From: Planctomycetota bacterium | GTDB lineage: Bacteria; Planctomycetota; UBA1135; UBA2386 | NCBI GenBank assembly: GCA_046290465.1 | Contig: JBKAGP010000001.1 | Coordinates: 992,001-1,056,000 of the forward strand | Length of the DNA: 64,000 nt | Direction of reading: 5' to 3' | Part shown: in pieces, positions 37,595-46,606 of the stretch | How the letters are laid out: each line of letters opens with the position of its first letter | How positions within the stretch are numbered: position 1 is the first letter of the stretch | Notes under the pieces: model-generated | What the model saw: only the letters and a program-made list of their open reading frames with translations | The model's database searches: none | What the model was told of the DNA's origin: nothing | Position numbers and translations under genes: made by a program

Positions 37595-38973
37595 CAGCGC
37601 GGCTCCTCCCCGACCAGCACCTCGGCGGCGCGCGGCCCGGTCTCGCCCGGCACGTGCACCTCCAGCAGGTTGCGGTCGAAGCGGTCGGGCGTGGCGCGGC
37701 CGATCCACAGGCCGGCCGGGCAGAAGCGGCCGTTGCTGCCGGTGAACAGGAAGCCCGGCGTCAGCCGCAGCAGTTCCTTGCGCTTGGGCCCCTGCCAGCG
37801 GATCCACGCGGCATTGCCGTCGCTGCGCTCGACGCGGCCGCTCAGCTCGATCGGCTCGCCGTCGTCGCCGTCCGGCAGGAACAGCAGGCTCCAGCGCTGC
37901 CGGGACGCGACGAACGAGGTCACCAGGCCGCTGCCGAAGCAGAGCCCGCGGGCGGTGCCGACGAACAGCCCGTCCTGCACCACCGCCGCACCGTCGGGCA
38001 CGTCGCGCGGCGCGACCAGCAGGTGGCGGCCGTGGTGCGCCCCCGGCAGGTCGTAGACGACCGCGGCGACGCGACGGTAGGCCCGCAGCGGTGAGGCCGG
38101 CGACCGGCGGGCGCGGCCGGGCTTGCGCCAGACGACCACGTGCGAGAGCGCGCTCGGCTCGAAGGCCGGCTCGACGTAGACGCCGATCGTCAGCACGTCG
38201 TCGGACTCGCGGTCGTCGTAACCCCACACCCGCGCCCAGCCGAGCGACAGCCCCGGCGGCACCTCGTAGCGCTTCTGTCCGAACGGCAGCTCGCGCGTGC
38301 GCACCTGCAGGCCGACCTCGTCGAGGCGGGCCGCGCGATACGGGTCGTCCCACATGTCGACGCGCAGCGGCGCGGGATCGGCCCTTGAGCCGGGACGCAC
38401 CACGAACCGCAGCGGCGGCGCCTGCATCAGCCCGTCGCCGACCAGGTCGATGCCGGCATATAGCCGCGGCGCGTCGCGGTGGTTGCACAGCATCACGCGC
38501 GCCGGGTCGTCGGCTCGGTCGTCGACGGCCCGGCCCATGCCGCGCGTCATCAGGAAGCCGATCAGCTGGTCGCCCTTGGTGACGATCACCTCGCACCCCT
38601 CGAGCTCGGCGTAGCTGTGGTCGAGCAGCAGCTCGCTGAGGCGGCCACCACCGCCGCGGCGCGAGGCCGACAGCACGCCGCACAGCACCTTCTCCGAGCC
38701 GATCGGCATCAGCATGCCCTCGGCGGCGAAGTCGTGCCGTTCGACCCGTTGGCGAAGGTCCTGGCCGAGCTGATCGATGCGCGCGAGCGAGTCCCGGTCG
38801 GCGGCCGCCGCCGGCTGGCCGAACCACAGCGAAGCCATGCGCGGCACCGCGGTCGCCGAGCCGACCAGCCAGCGTTCGAGCGGCGCGAACACCGCGGGCA
38901 GCGTCAACCACGCCAGCGCGAACAGCAGCATGGCGTAGAGACCCACCGGGAACGCAGCCGACTTCTTCACCAT
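37594..38973 (-). CDS. mreC: MreC-like protein, apparently with two MreC domains (459 aa)
   Basis: TM plus short coiled coil, then two sets of MreC-like motifs ('VIVTKGDQLIGFL..VPPGLSLG' and 'AAVVQDGLFVGT..TGSNGRFCPAGLWIG'). Lies directly after mreB. Confidence 0.65.
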   Translation of the reverse strand: MVKKSAAFPVGLYAMLLFALAWLTLPAVFAPLERWLVGSATAVPRMASLWFGQPAAAADRDSLARIDQLGQDLRQRVERHDFAAEGMLMPIGSEKVLCGVLSASRRGGGGRLSELLLDHSYAELEGCEVIVTKGDQLIGFLMTRGMGRAVDDRADDPARVMLCNHRDAPRLYAGIDLVGDGLMQAPPLRFVVRPGSRADPAPLRVDMWDDPYRAARLDEVGLQVRTRELPFGQKRYEVPPGLSLGWARVWGYDDRESDDVLTIGVYVEPAFEPSALSHVVVWRKPGRARRSPASPLRAYRRVAAVVYDLPGAHHGRHLLVAPRDVPDGAAVVQDGLFVGTARGLCFGSGLVTSFVASRQRWSLLFLPDGDDGEPIELSGRVERSDGNAAWIRWQGPKRKELLRLTPGFLFTGSNGRFCPAGLWIGRATPDRFDRNLLEVHVPGETGPRAAEVLVGEEPR

Positions 38974-39087
38974 CGACGAACCAGGATCACCCCCACATGG
39001 AGACCGGACGGCTGCATACGAACGCGACGTGCCGCGCGCGAGCTGCCGTCCACGAAACCGCGCCCGGCGCGGTCGCCGCGGCGCGCG

Positions 39088-40146
39088 CTAGCCGAGGTCT
39101 TCGCCGCCCTCGAGGAACTGCGAGTACAGCTCGAGGTTCTCGAGGAAGATGCCGGTGCCGCGCGCGACCGCTTCGAGCGGGCGCTCGGCGACGCGCACGT
39201 CGAGCTCGGTCTCCTTGGCGATCAGCTCGGGCAGGCCGCGCAGCAGCGAGCCGCCGCCGCACAGGGTGATGCCGGAGTTGATCAGGTCGGCGGCGAGCTC
39301 GGGCGGGGTGCGCTCGAGCACCGCCTTGATCGCGCCGATGATCTTGCGCACCGGCTCCTGCAGCGCCTCGCGCACGTCCTCGGAGCTGATCACGGCGCGC
39401 CGCGGCAGGTTGACCAGCGAGTCGCGGCCGCGCACCTCGACCTGGATCTCCTCCTCGAGCGGGATGCAGCTGCCGGCGGCGATCTTCAGCCGTTCGGCGG
39501 TGATCTCGCCGATCAGCAGGTTGTACTTGCCGCGGATGTACTGCGTGATCGCTTCGTTGAAGTCGTCACCGGCGACGCGCAGGCACTCGGCCATCACGAC
39601 GTTGGCTAGCGAGATGACCGCGACCTCGCAGGTGCCGCCGCCGATGTCGACGATCATCGTGCCGTGCGGCTCGTGCACCGGCAGGCCGGCACCGATCGCT
39701 GCCGCGGTCGGCTCGTCGACCAGGAAGACGCGGCGCGCGCCGGCCCGCTCGGCACTGCCGATGACGGCGCGCTTCTCGACCATCGTGATGCCCCACGGGA
39801 CCGCGATGACCAGCCGCGGCTTGACCAGGCGGTTGGCGCCGGTGGCCTTCTTGATGAAGTACCGGAGCATCTTCTCGGTGACCTCGAAGTCGGCGATGAC
39901 CCCGCTCTTCATCGGGCGCACCGCCTGGAAGCCGGGCGGCGTGCGGCCGAGATACTCGAGCGCCGCGTCGCCGACGGCCATGCCGTCGAGCAGCACCTCG
40001 GTCGAGCCCTTGCGGACCGCGACGACGGACGGTTCGTCGAGAACGACTCCCTTGTCGCGGACGAACACCAGCGTGTTGGCGGTTCCCAGATCGATCCCCA
40101 GATCGACCGAGAAGCCGCGCAGCAGCCACTCGAACGGTTTCAGCAT
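39088..40146 (-). CDS. mreB: rod shape-determining actin homologue MreB
   Basis: 'DLGIDLGTANT', 'EPSVVA', 'GVIADF', 'EPTAAAIGAGLP', 'IVDIGGGT', 'ERTPPELAAD', 'GGGSLLRG'. Confidence 0.97.
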   Translation of the reverse strand: MLKPFEWLLRGFSVDLGIDLGTANTLVFVRDKGVVLDEPSVVAVRKGSTEVLLDGMAVGDAALEYLGRTPPGFQAVRPMKSGVIADFEVTEKMLRYFIKKATGANRLVKPRLVIAVPWGITMVEKRAVIGSAERAGARRVFLVDEPTAAAIGAGLPVHEPHGTMIVDIGGGTCEVAVISLANVVMAECLRVAGDDFNEAITQYIRGKYNLLIGEITAERLKIAAGSCIPLEEEIQVEVRGRDSLVNLPRRAVISSEDVREALQEPVRKIIGAIKAVLERTPPELAADLINSGITLCGGGSLLRGLPELIAKETELDVRVAERPLEAVARGTGIFLENLELYSQFLEGGEDLG

Positions 40147-40462
40147 GCGATGCCCCTCAGGGCCTTCCCGATTTGTGGATGGCTCGGGATCCATTGACCT
40201 AGCAGACACGTGCGACCGGGACCAATCGGTGCACTCCGCCCAACGTAGCAGGCGATCCTCCGGTCGCAACGTATTCTTGGCACGGTTCCGTCGCGGAGGA
40301 ACGCGCAGCCTACGCGACCGATGAGCACGGTGCAAAACCGAGCGAGCCCGGCTCGCGCAGCGCGCGAACCGGGCTCGTCAGGTTGCCTTCTGTTTGGTGG
40401 CCTGGTCACTCCCATACCGAGCGGGACCGGGCCGAAGGGACGCTTCGATGCAGGCTCGAACC

Positions 40463-40630
40463 TTAGTTGTAAGCCTGACCCGCCATGATCACGCAGGTGA
40501 GCGCGCAGGCGAGGATGAAGAAGGTGAAGAGCACGATGCCTTCGTCGATGCCCATGCCGGGCTTGTCGATGGCTTCGACCTCAGCGGCCGGCGCCTCGGC
40601 GGCGGCGCGACGGTTGTTCTTGCGGGCCAT
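40463..40630 (-). CDS. small C-terminally anchored membrane protein (55 aa)
   Basis: Absent from the ORF track. AGGAG RBS, then MARKNNRRAAAEAPAAEVEAIDKPGMGIDEGIVLFTFFILACALTCVIMAGQAYN*; codon usage looks coding. Confidence 0.75.
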   Translation of the reverse strand: MARKNNRRAAAEAPAAEVEAIDKPGMGIDEGIVLFTFFILACALTCVIMAGQAYN

Positions 40631-40680
40631 GATTCAGCTCCTGGATTGCTTGGATAGCAGGGAAGGGAACGTCGACCGCC

Positions 40681-41547
40681 TTACGGCTGCGTCGACGCCT
40701 TGTCACCCGTGCGGATCTGGGCGTTGCCGTTCTTGACGCGGACCGTGCAGAGCACGGCGTTGGCGCTCGGCTCGTACTTCGTGGCGATCGCCTCGGCCTT
40801 GTAGCCGTTGGCGTCGTAGATCGCGAAGCTGAACGTGCGACGGTTGATCTGGTCCTGGATGTCGACGTTGCCGGGGTTGTCGGCGATCGAGATCGTGCAC
40901 AGACGGCCCGACGCGTTGGTGACCGTGCCGGCCAGGTTCGGGGCGGCCATCGCTTCCGAGAAGCCACGAACCTTGGCAGCGGCGATCAGGAGGTCCTTCT
41001 CGCTGTTGTCGCGCTCGAGCGAGGCGATCTGCTGGTCCTTGCCGTCGATCGTCTCGTTCAGCGAGGCGATCTCGTTCTTCAGGTTGCGGTTCTCGGCTTC
41101 GGCCGTGTCCTTCGAGCGGACGGCGTCGTCGCGGACCTTCTGGGCTTCGATCGAAGCCTGGTAGGCGGCCTGCGAAGCATCGAACGCGGCCTTGGCCTGC
41201 GTGTTGGCGGCTTCCTGCAGCGAGACGGCCTTCTTGACGTCCACGACCAGCGAACCGTTGGTCTGCTCGAGACGCTTGTTGTCGTCCTGCAGCTTGGCGA
41301 TCGTGTTCTGCGCGGCGGCGAGCTGCGTCTCGAACGACGTCTTGGCGTTCTCCGCGTTGCCGCGCTCCGTCTTCAGATCTTCGATCTGGTTGGTGAACTT
41401 GGTGGTGGCTTCGGCAAGCTCGGTCTCCTTGTCAGCGAGTTGCTGCTTGTAGTTGGCTTGCTTGTTCAACAGCTGCCCACCCATGACGGCGAAGCCGACG
41501 GCGAGAGCGAGGTTGACGACGATGAATACGCGACCGATGGGACTCAT
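40681..41547 (-). CDS. membrane-anchored coiled-coil protein, unknown function
   Basis: N-terminal TM (MSPIGRVFIVVNLALAVGF), long K/E/Q/A-rich heptad region and a small beta-rich C-terminal domain. Confidence 0.85.
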   Translation of the reverse strand: MSPIGRVFIVVNLALAVGFAVMGGQLLNKQANYKQQLADKETELAEATTKFTNQIEDLKTERGNAENAKTSFETQLAAAQNTIAKLQDDNKRLEQTNGSLVVDVKKAVSLQEAANTQAKAAFDASQAAYQASIEAQKVRDDAVRSKDTAEAENRNLKNEIASLNETIDGKDQQIASLERDNSEKDLLIAAAKVRGFSEAMAAPNLAGTVTNASGRLCTISIADNPGNVDIQDQINRRTFSFAIYDANGYKAEAIATKYEPSANAVLCTVRVKNGNAQIRTGDKASTQP

Positions 41548-41745
41548 GATGACCAGATGGCTCCTAACTTGCGTGCTGCGCTGGACTGTCGGGAGAGATC
41601 AGTGCGCAGTTCGGTAACCAGAGGGGATGAAAAGACGCCAAACAGAAAAGGACAAACGGTGGCCGATCGGCACCTCCTTCTTGGCCGGACGACCAGGCAG
41701 GAGAGAACCGCATCCCAGAGCGAGAGGGGCCTTGGGGGCTGCGGA

Positions 41746-41773
41746 ATCCTAACTCCATGCCCGGCACCGTCAA
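41746..41773 (-). promoter_or_regulatory. candidate sigma70-type promoter for the coiled-coil gene
   Basis: Minus strand TTGACG-N16-TAGGAT in the intergenic region. Confidence 0.4.
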
Positions 41774-41805
41774 GAACCACCTGAGCGCTCTCCGGAAGGG
41801 CCGGA

Positions 41806-43404
41806 TCACGCCCCGGCGGCGGATGCCGTTCGGGCTGTAGCGAGTCTAACCCGAAGCACCAGGGCGTGCGCTGCTCCGAGCGCCGTCAGCAGCGCCAGCA
41901 GGGGTCCGGTGAGCCGACGCAACCATGCCAACGGCGGGACGTTGCCACTGCCACGATCGAGCGAAACCTGCAGAATTCTCGCGTCGGCGCGCGGCGCGGG
42001 CTGCAGCGGCAGGCCGGCGTCGACGACGCCCGAAGATCGCACCGCGACCGAGTGCCCGTCCATCGTGCAGCGAACGATCGGCACGACATTCTCACAGGCG
42101 CGCACGACGGTCATTGCGACCATCTGGCTGAGTTCGGCGCCGCCGCGATACCAGGCCTCGTTGGACAGCACGACCAGGAACTCGGCGCCCTGCTCGACCT
42201 GCGCCGCTGCCGGCGCGGGGAACGCGTTGTCGTAGCAGAGCAGCGCGCCGAACTTCAGGCCGGCGGCGGTCGTCATCGGCGGCCGCGGGACGCCGGGACG
42301 GCAGTCGGGCGGCGCGCCGAGCGCTTCCTGGAACGTCGCGCGCAGCGACGCCGCCATGCCGTCCGGCAGCAGGCCGACCAGCGGCAGGAACTCGCCGCCG
42401 GGCACGAGCCGCTGCTTGTCGTGGTGCGCGAGGATGCGGCCGTTCGGCAGCTCGAGCAGGTACGCGGTCGGCGTCGTCTCGTCGCCGGTGCGCAGGTTCG
42501 CCCCCACCACCAGGCGCGCGGCCGTCGCCGGAAACCGCCCGCCGAGCATCGCGATGCGCCCGGCCTCGACCTCCCGCACGTCCGGCGCCTCGTCGACGCT
42601 GCTCTCCGGCCACAGCACCAGGTCCGGCGTCGGCTGCGCCGCGAGCGCGCGCCGCGTCGGCTCGAGGAAGCGCCGGGAGAACTGCCGGCCGCGCTCGGCG
42701 CGCGACATCTGCCACAGATCGAACGGATGCAGGCCCGGCTCGATCGCGGCGATGCGGATCGGATCGCGATCCTGCTGCGGCGCGCCGAGCCCGCTGGCGA
42801 GCCACGATCCGGTCGCCGCGACCGCGACCAGCAGCAGCCACGCGAGCCCGAGCCAGCTCCCCGCACGCCGCCACGACGGCTTCGCCACCCGCCAGCTCGA
42901 CCAGACCCCGACGGTAGTCGCCGCGCACAGCGCCAGCAGCCCGTTCATCAGCGGCTCGCCGCCGACCGTGACGATCCGCATCAGCGCCGGCCACTGGTAC
43001 AGGCAGTGGCAAGGCTGGCCGTGCGGATAGTGGATCTCCGGCATCGCCGCGCGCAGCCAGAACGTTCCGGCCACCGCCACCGCGAAGCCGACCGGCCGCC
43101 ATACCTTCGGCGTGCCGCGCACGCACGCGGTCGCCAGCAGGTAGTAGAGGCCACCGACGACGACGATGGCGACGTAGGCCGGCAGCAACACGTGGCGCAC
43201 CGACCACGAGAACCAGGCCATGTGCACGCAGCCGAACAGGTAGCTGTGCAGCAGCGGTCGGCGGCCGCCGCTCGCGATCGCGAACCAGACCGCCAGCGCC
43301 GGCACGACCAGCCACTCCCCCAACGGCACGATCGCCGGTGGCGTCGCCAGGCCGAGCAGCAGCCCGCCGACCAGAGCGACGAGCAACCCCGGCCCCGACG
43401 TCAC
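41806..43404 (-). CDS. lnt: apolipoprotein N-acyltransferase
   Basis: Multi-TM N-terminus; nitrilase-fold motifs 'LVLWPES', 'DKQRLVPGGEFLP', 'LCYD', 'LSNEAWY', 'VRACEN'. Confidence 0.88.
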   Translation of the reverse strand: MTSGPGLLVALVGGLLLGLATPPAIVPLGEWLVVPALAVWFAIASGGRRPLLHSYLFGCVHMAWFSWSVRHVLLPAYVAIVVVGGLYYLLATACVRGTPKVWRPVGFAVAVAGTFWLRAAMPEIHYPHGQPCHCLYQWPALMRIVTVGGEPLMNGLLALCAATTVGVWSSWRVAKPSWRRAGSWLGLAWLLLVAVAATGSWLASGLGAPQQDRDPIRIAAIEPGLHPFDLWQMSRAERGRQFSRRFLEPTRRALAAQPTPDLVLWPESSVDEAPDVREVEAGRIAMLGGRFPATAARLVVGANLRTGDETTPTAYLLELPNGRILAHHDKQRLVPGGEFLPLVGLLPDGMAASLRATFQEALGAPPDCRPGVPRPPMTTAAGLKFGALLCYDNAFPAPAAAQVEQGAEFLVVLSNEAWYRGGAELSQMVAMTVVRACENVVPIVRCTMDGHSVAVRSSGVVDAGLPLQPAPRADARILQVSLDRGSGNVPPLAWLRRLTGPLLALLTALGAAHALVLRVRLATARTASAAGA

Positions 43405-44642
43405 GGCAGGTCGACGCCGCGGGCGCCGCCGGACAGCTCGATCGAGTCGACCTGATCCCGGGCCGTGTCCGACGGCACCAGCGCGTAGCACGAGCCGAGC
43501 AGCAGGCTGAACGGGTCGCCGCTCGGCGACGGCCTGGCCAGCTCCGCGGCGAGCCCGCCGTCGGCGCCGGCGACCAGGCGCGCCGGCACCGCCTGCATGC
43601 GCCAGTTCTTCTTCCAGGTGGTGTCGGCCAGCGGGACGCGCAGGCCCCAGCTGCCGGGTTCGCTGCCGTGCCAGCGCTTCAGCGCCGGGCGCACCAGCAG
43701 GTCGAACACCGTGAACGACGACGCCGGGTTGCCCGGCAGGCCGAACACGTACTGCTCGCGTTCGCCGTGCTTGCGCACGCCGAAGTAGGTCGGCTTGCCG
43801 GGCTTCAGCTTGATGCCGTGGAACTCCGTGTGCACGCCGAGCTCGGTCAGCGTCTGGTGGACCAGGTCGTGCGTGCCCTTGCTGATGCCGCCGATCGTCA
43901 CCACGAAGTCGGCGTCGGTGAGCGCGGCCTCGAGCATCGCGCGCAGGCCGGCCGGTTGGTCCGGCGCGATGCCACAGCGCGTCGCGACCCCACCGCACTC
44001 GGCGACCTGCGCGGCGAGCGCCCACGAGTTGGACTCGCGCACCTGGTGCGGCAGCGGCGTGCGTTCGACCGGCACGACCTCGTCGCCGGTCGCAACGATC
44101 GCGACCTTCGGGCGGCTGGCGACGTCGACCTGGTGCTGGCCGAGCACCGCCAGCACGCCGATCTCGGCCGCCTGCAGCAAGCGGCCCGGCGCCAGCACCT
44201 CGACGCCGGCGTCGCGTTCGCTGCCCTTCGGCCGGATGTTGGCGCCCTGTGCCAGCGCCTCGGTGACGGTGACCTGGTCGCCCTCGTAGCCGGACGTGAT
44301 CTCGACCGGCGCGACCGCGTCGCCGCCCTTCGGCACCACCGCGCCGGTCATGATGCGGATCGCCTGGCCCGGCTGCAGTTCGCCGTCGAACGGCTTGCCG
44401 GCGAGGCTCTCGCCGACGACCGGCAGCGTGGTGCCGGCGTCGAGGCCGTGCAGGCCGACGCAGAACGCGAACCCGTCCATCGCCGAACGGTCGGTCGCCG
44501 GCCACGGGCCGTCGGTGCGGATCGACGCGGCCAGCACCCGGCCGTGGGCGTCGGCCAGCGACGCGCGCTCGACACGGTGGCCCGGGGTGATGCGCGTGAG
44601 CACGTGCTCGCGCGCGGCGTGCAGTTCGAGGGGGGTCGCCAT
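43401..44642 (-). CDS. moeA: molybdopterin molybdotransferase MoeA
   Basis: 'RSAMDGFA', 'RIMTGA', 'ATGDE', 'RESN', 'KPGKP', 'GLPGNP.S'. Confidence 0.95.
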   Translation of the reverse strand: MATPLELHAAREHVLTRITPGHRVERASLADAHGRVLAASIRTDGPWPATDRSAMDGFAFCVGLHGLDAGTTLPVVGESLAGKPFDGELQPGQAIRIMTGAVVPKGGDAVAPVEITSGYEGDQVTVTEALAQGANIRPKGSERDAGVEVLAPGRLLQAAEIGVLAVLGQHQVDVASRPKVAIVATGDEVVPVERTPLPHQVRESNSWALAAQVAECGGVATRCGIAPDQPAGLRAMLEAALTDADFVVTIGGISKGTHDLVHQTLTELGVHTEFHGIKLKPGKPTYFGVRKHGEREQYVFGLPGNPASSFTVFDLLVRPALKRWHGSEPGSWGLRVPLADTTWKKNWRMQAVPARLVAGADGGLAAELARPSPSGDPFSLLLGSCYALVPSDTARDQVDSIELSGGARGVDLP

Positions 44643-44697
44643 ACGTGGGGCAACCTATGCGCCGGCTGCCGGCCGACGCAACCCGGGACCGCGCGGA

Positions 44698-45162
44698 TCA
44701 GTCGTTGGCGATGGTGACGATCAGGTCGCCCATGTCGCTGCTGACGATGCAGGTCACGCCGTCCTTCAGGGCGCGGTCGGTCATCCGGCCGGCCTCCTCG
44801 TCGGCCAGCTCCTGCGGCAGGCCGATCAGCAGCGACTCCTCTTCGGTCGACATCTGCATCACCAGTTCGCCGCCGAACACGTTGGCGAGTTCGGAGACCG
44901 CCGCGCGGCCGTGGTCGTCGACGTCGATCTCGTCGGGCTCGCAGCCCATCATGCCCGACGCGACCTCCTGGATCAGGCCGGCCGTCGCCGAGACGGTGAC
45001 GGTGTAGCTGCGTGGGCCGCGCAACTCGATCGACGAGTGCGCCGCGGCCCGGGCCAGCACCTCACCGGCGGTGAGCTCGCTGTCCTCGGTGAACACGAAC
45101 GCCATGCGCTCGAGGGCGTTGGTCACCAGGCCCTGCAGGTTCTCGTAGGAAACGGTCAGCAT
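44698..45162 (-). CDS. cheX: CheX/CheC-family phosphatase-like protein
   Basis: 'AVSELANVFGG' ExxN motif; last gene of the che cluster. Confidence 0.7.
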   Translation of the reverse strand: MLTVSYENLQGLVTNALERMAFVFTEDSELTAGEVLARAAAHSSIELRGPRSYTVTVSATAGLIQEVASGMMGCEPDEIDVDDHGRAAVSELANVFGGELVMQMSTEEESLLIGLPQELADEEAGRMTDRALKDGVTCIVSSDMGDLIVTIAND

Positions 45163-45171
45163 GTTGATCTC

Positions 45172-45552
45172 CTACGACTCCCCGAACAGGCTTTCGACGA
45201 GGTCGCGCAGCTCTTCGGGTTCGAAGGGCTTGCGCAGATAGTGCTCGACGCCGAGTTCGGTCATCCGCGCGAGGCGCTTCTGGTTGCCCTCGGTCGTGAC
45301 CAGGGCGACCTTGATGTCGGCGAGCGCCGGGTCCTTGACCTTCTCCTCGACGAACTGGAAGCCGTCCATCACCGGCATGTTGATGTCGAGCAGCACGATG
45401 TCGGCCGGTTCCTGGCGCAGCTTGTCGAGCGCCTCCTGGCCGTTGGTGGCCTCGCGGACCAGCGTGGCGGTGGCGCCCGCCTGCAGCGCGGCCCGGCGCG
45501 CCGTGGCGCGCAGCAGCGGAGAGTCGTCGACGATCAGAATGCGGTAGTTCAT
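45172..45552 (-). CDS. cheY: single-domain response regulator (CheY-like)
   Basis: 'ILIVDDS', 'LLDINMPVMDG', 'VTTEG', 'YLRKPF'. Confidence 0.88.
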   Translation of the reverse strand: MNYRILIVDDSPLLRATARRAALQAGATATLVREATNGQEALDKLRQEPADIVLLDINMPVMDGFQFVEEKVKDPALADIKVALVTTEGNQKRLARMTELGVEHYLRKPFEPEELRDLVESLFGES

Positions 45553-45553
45553 G

Positions 45554-46087
45554 CTATTTCCCCCTGACCAGCTGCGAGGCGTCCGCCGACTGCCACAGCT
45601 GCTTGTCGTGGCCGCGCGCGCGCACGTCGACGGCGCCGGTCACGAGATCCAGACACATGGTGCGCGCGTGCGCACCGCCGATGTCCTCCGCGGCGAGTTG
45701 GAGGTTCATCTTCCAGAGCACCTTGCGCAGCATGGTGCGGTTGCGCTTGCCGATCGCCATGTTGGCGGCCCCCTCGAGGATCTCGGCGCCGCCGGCGGCG
45801 ACCAGCACGAGGCGGTTCTGCAGCGCCCCCCGCTCGACCAGCCGACGGAACATGTAGGGGATCCCGGTGGTCGCGTACATGAACTGCTTGAGCTGCTTGG
45901 GGTCGGACTTGACGCTCGGCTGCGGCAACATGAAGTGCAGCATGCCGCCGACCTGCGCCGCCGGATCGTAGGCCGTCAGGCCAATGCACGAACCGAGCGC
46001 GTAGGTGACGATGCGCTGGTCCTGCGCCGAGCCGATCGCCATGTCCGCGACGCCGACGACCAGGTCGTTGTGCCGGGTGTCGCTCAT
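45554..46087 (-). CDS. cheD: chemoreceptor glutamine deamidase CheD
   Basis: 'TYALGSCIG', 'GGMLHFMLP', 'AGGA', 'IGKRN', 'EDIGG..AR'. Confidence 0.92.
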   Translation of the reverse strand: MSDTRHNDLVVGVADMAIGSAQDQRIVTYALGSCIGLTAYDPAAQVGGMLHFMLPQPSVKSDPKQLKQFMYATTGIPYMFRRLVERGALQNRLVLVAAGGAEILEGAANMAIGKRNRTMLRKVLWKMNLQLAAEDIGGAHARTMCLDLVTGAVDVRARGHDKQLWQSADASQLVRGK

Positions 46088-46587
46088 TGTGCGGCGCCCT
46101 GCGGCAGCGCCGACGGATCGATGTCGCCGATGACCTTGTCGATGTCGAGCAGGATCAGCACGCGGTCCTTGAGCTTGGCGAGGCCGTCGATGTAGTCCCC
46201 CGACGAGTTGGCGCACCGCGGCGGCCCCTCGAAGTGCTCGGCACCGATCGTCAGCACCTCGCTGACGCTGTCGACGATGCAGCCGACGCGGAACGCCGAC
46301 TCGGAGTCACTGCCGCAGTCGACGACGACGATGCAGGTCTCGTTGGTGAACTCGGTCGGCTCCATGCCGAACTTCCGGCGCAGGTCGATGACCGGGATGA
46401 TGCGGCCGCGCAGGTTGACGACGCCGAGCACGAAGTCGGGCGTGCGCGGCAGCGAGGTGACCTCGACCATGCCGATGATCTCGCGGACCTTCAGGATCGC
46501 GATCCCGTACTCCTCCTTGGACAACTGGAAGGAGAGGAACTTGCCGCCGGCGAACGTCGTGGCCGCGCTTTCGATCGTGGTGCTCAT
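46084..46587 (-). CDS. cheW: chemotaxis coupling protein CheW
   Basis: 'KFLSF.L..EEYGI.ILKVREII', 'GVVNLRGRIIPVIDLR', 'IVDSVSEV'. Confidence 0.95.
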   Translation of the reverse strand: MSTTIESAATTFAGGKFLSFQLSKEEYGIAILKVREIIGMVEVTSLPRTPDFVLGVVNLRGRIIPVIDLRRKFGMEPTEFTNETCIVVVDCGSDSESAFRVGCIVDSVSEVLTIGAEHFEGPPRCANSSGDYIDGLAKLKDRVLILLDIDKVIGDIDPSALPQGAAQ

Positions 46588-46606
46588 CGTGGGTTCGGTT
46601 TCTGCG

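Noticed and set aside
41743..41768. Near-match GGAAT-N15-GGCACC to the Tad promoter motif
   Set aside because: One mismatch, points antisense into lnt, and overlaps a plausible minus-strand sigma70 promoter; treated as coincidence.
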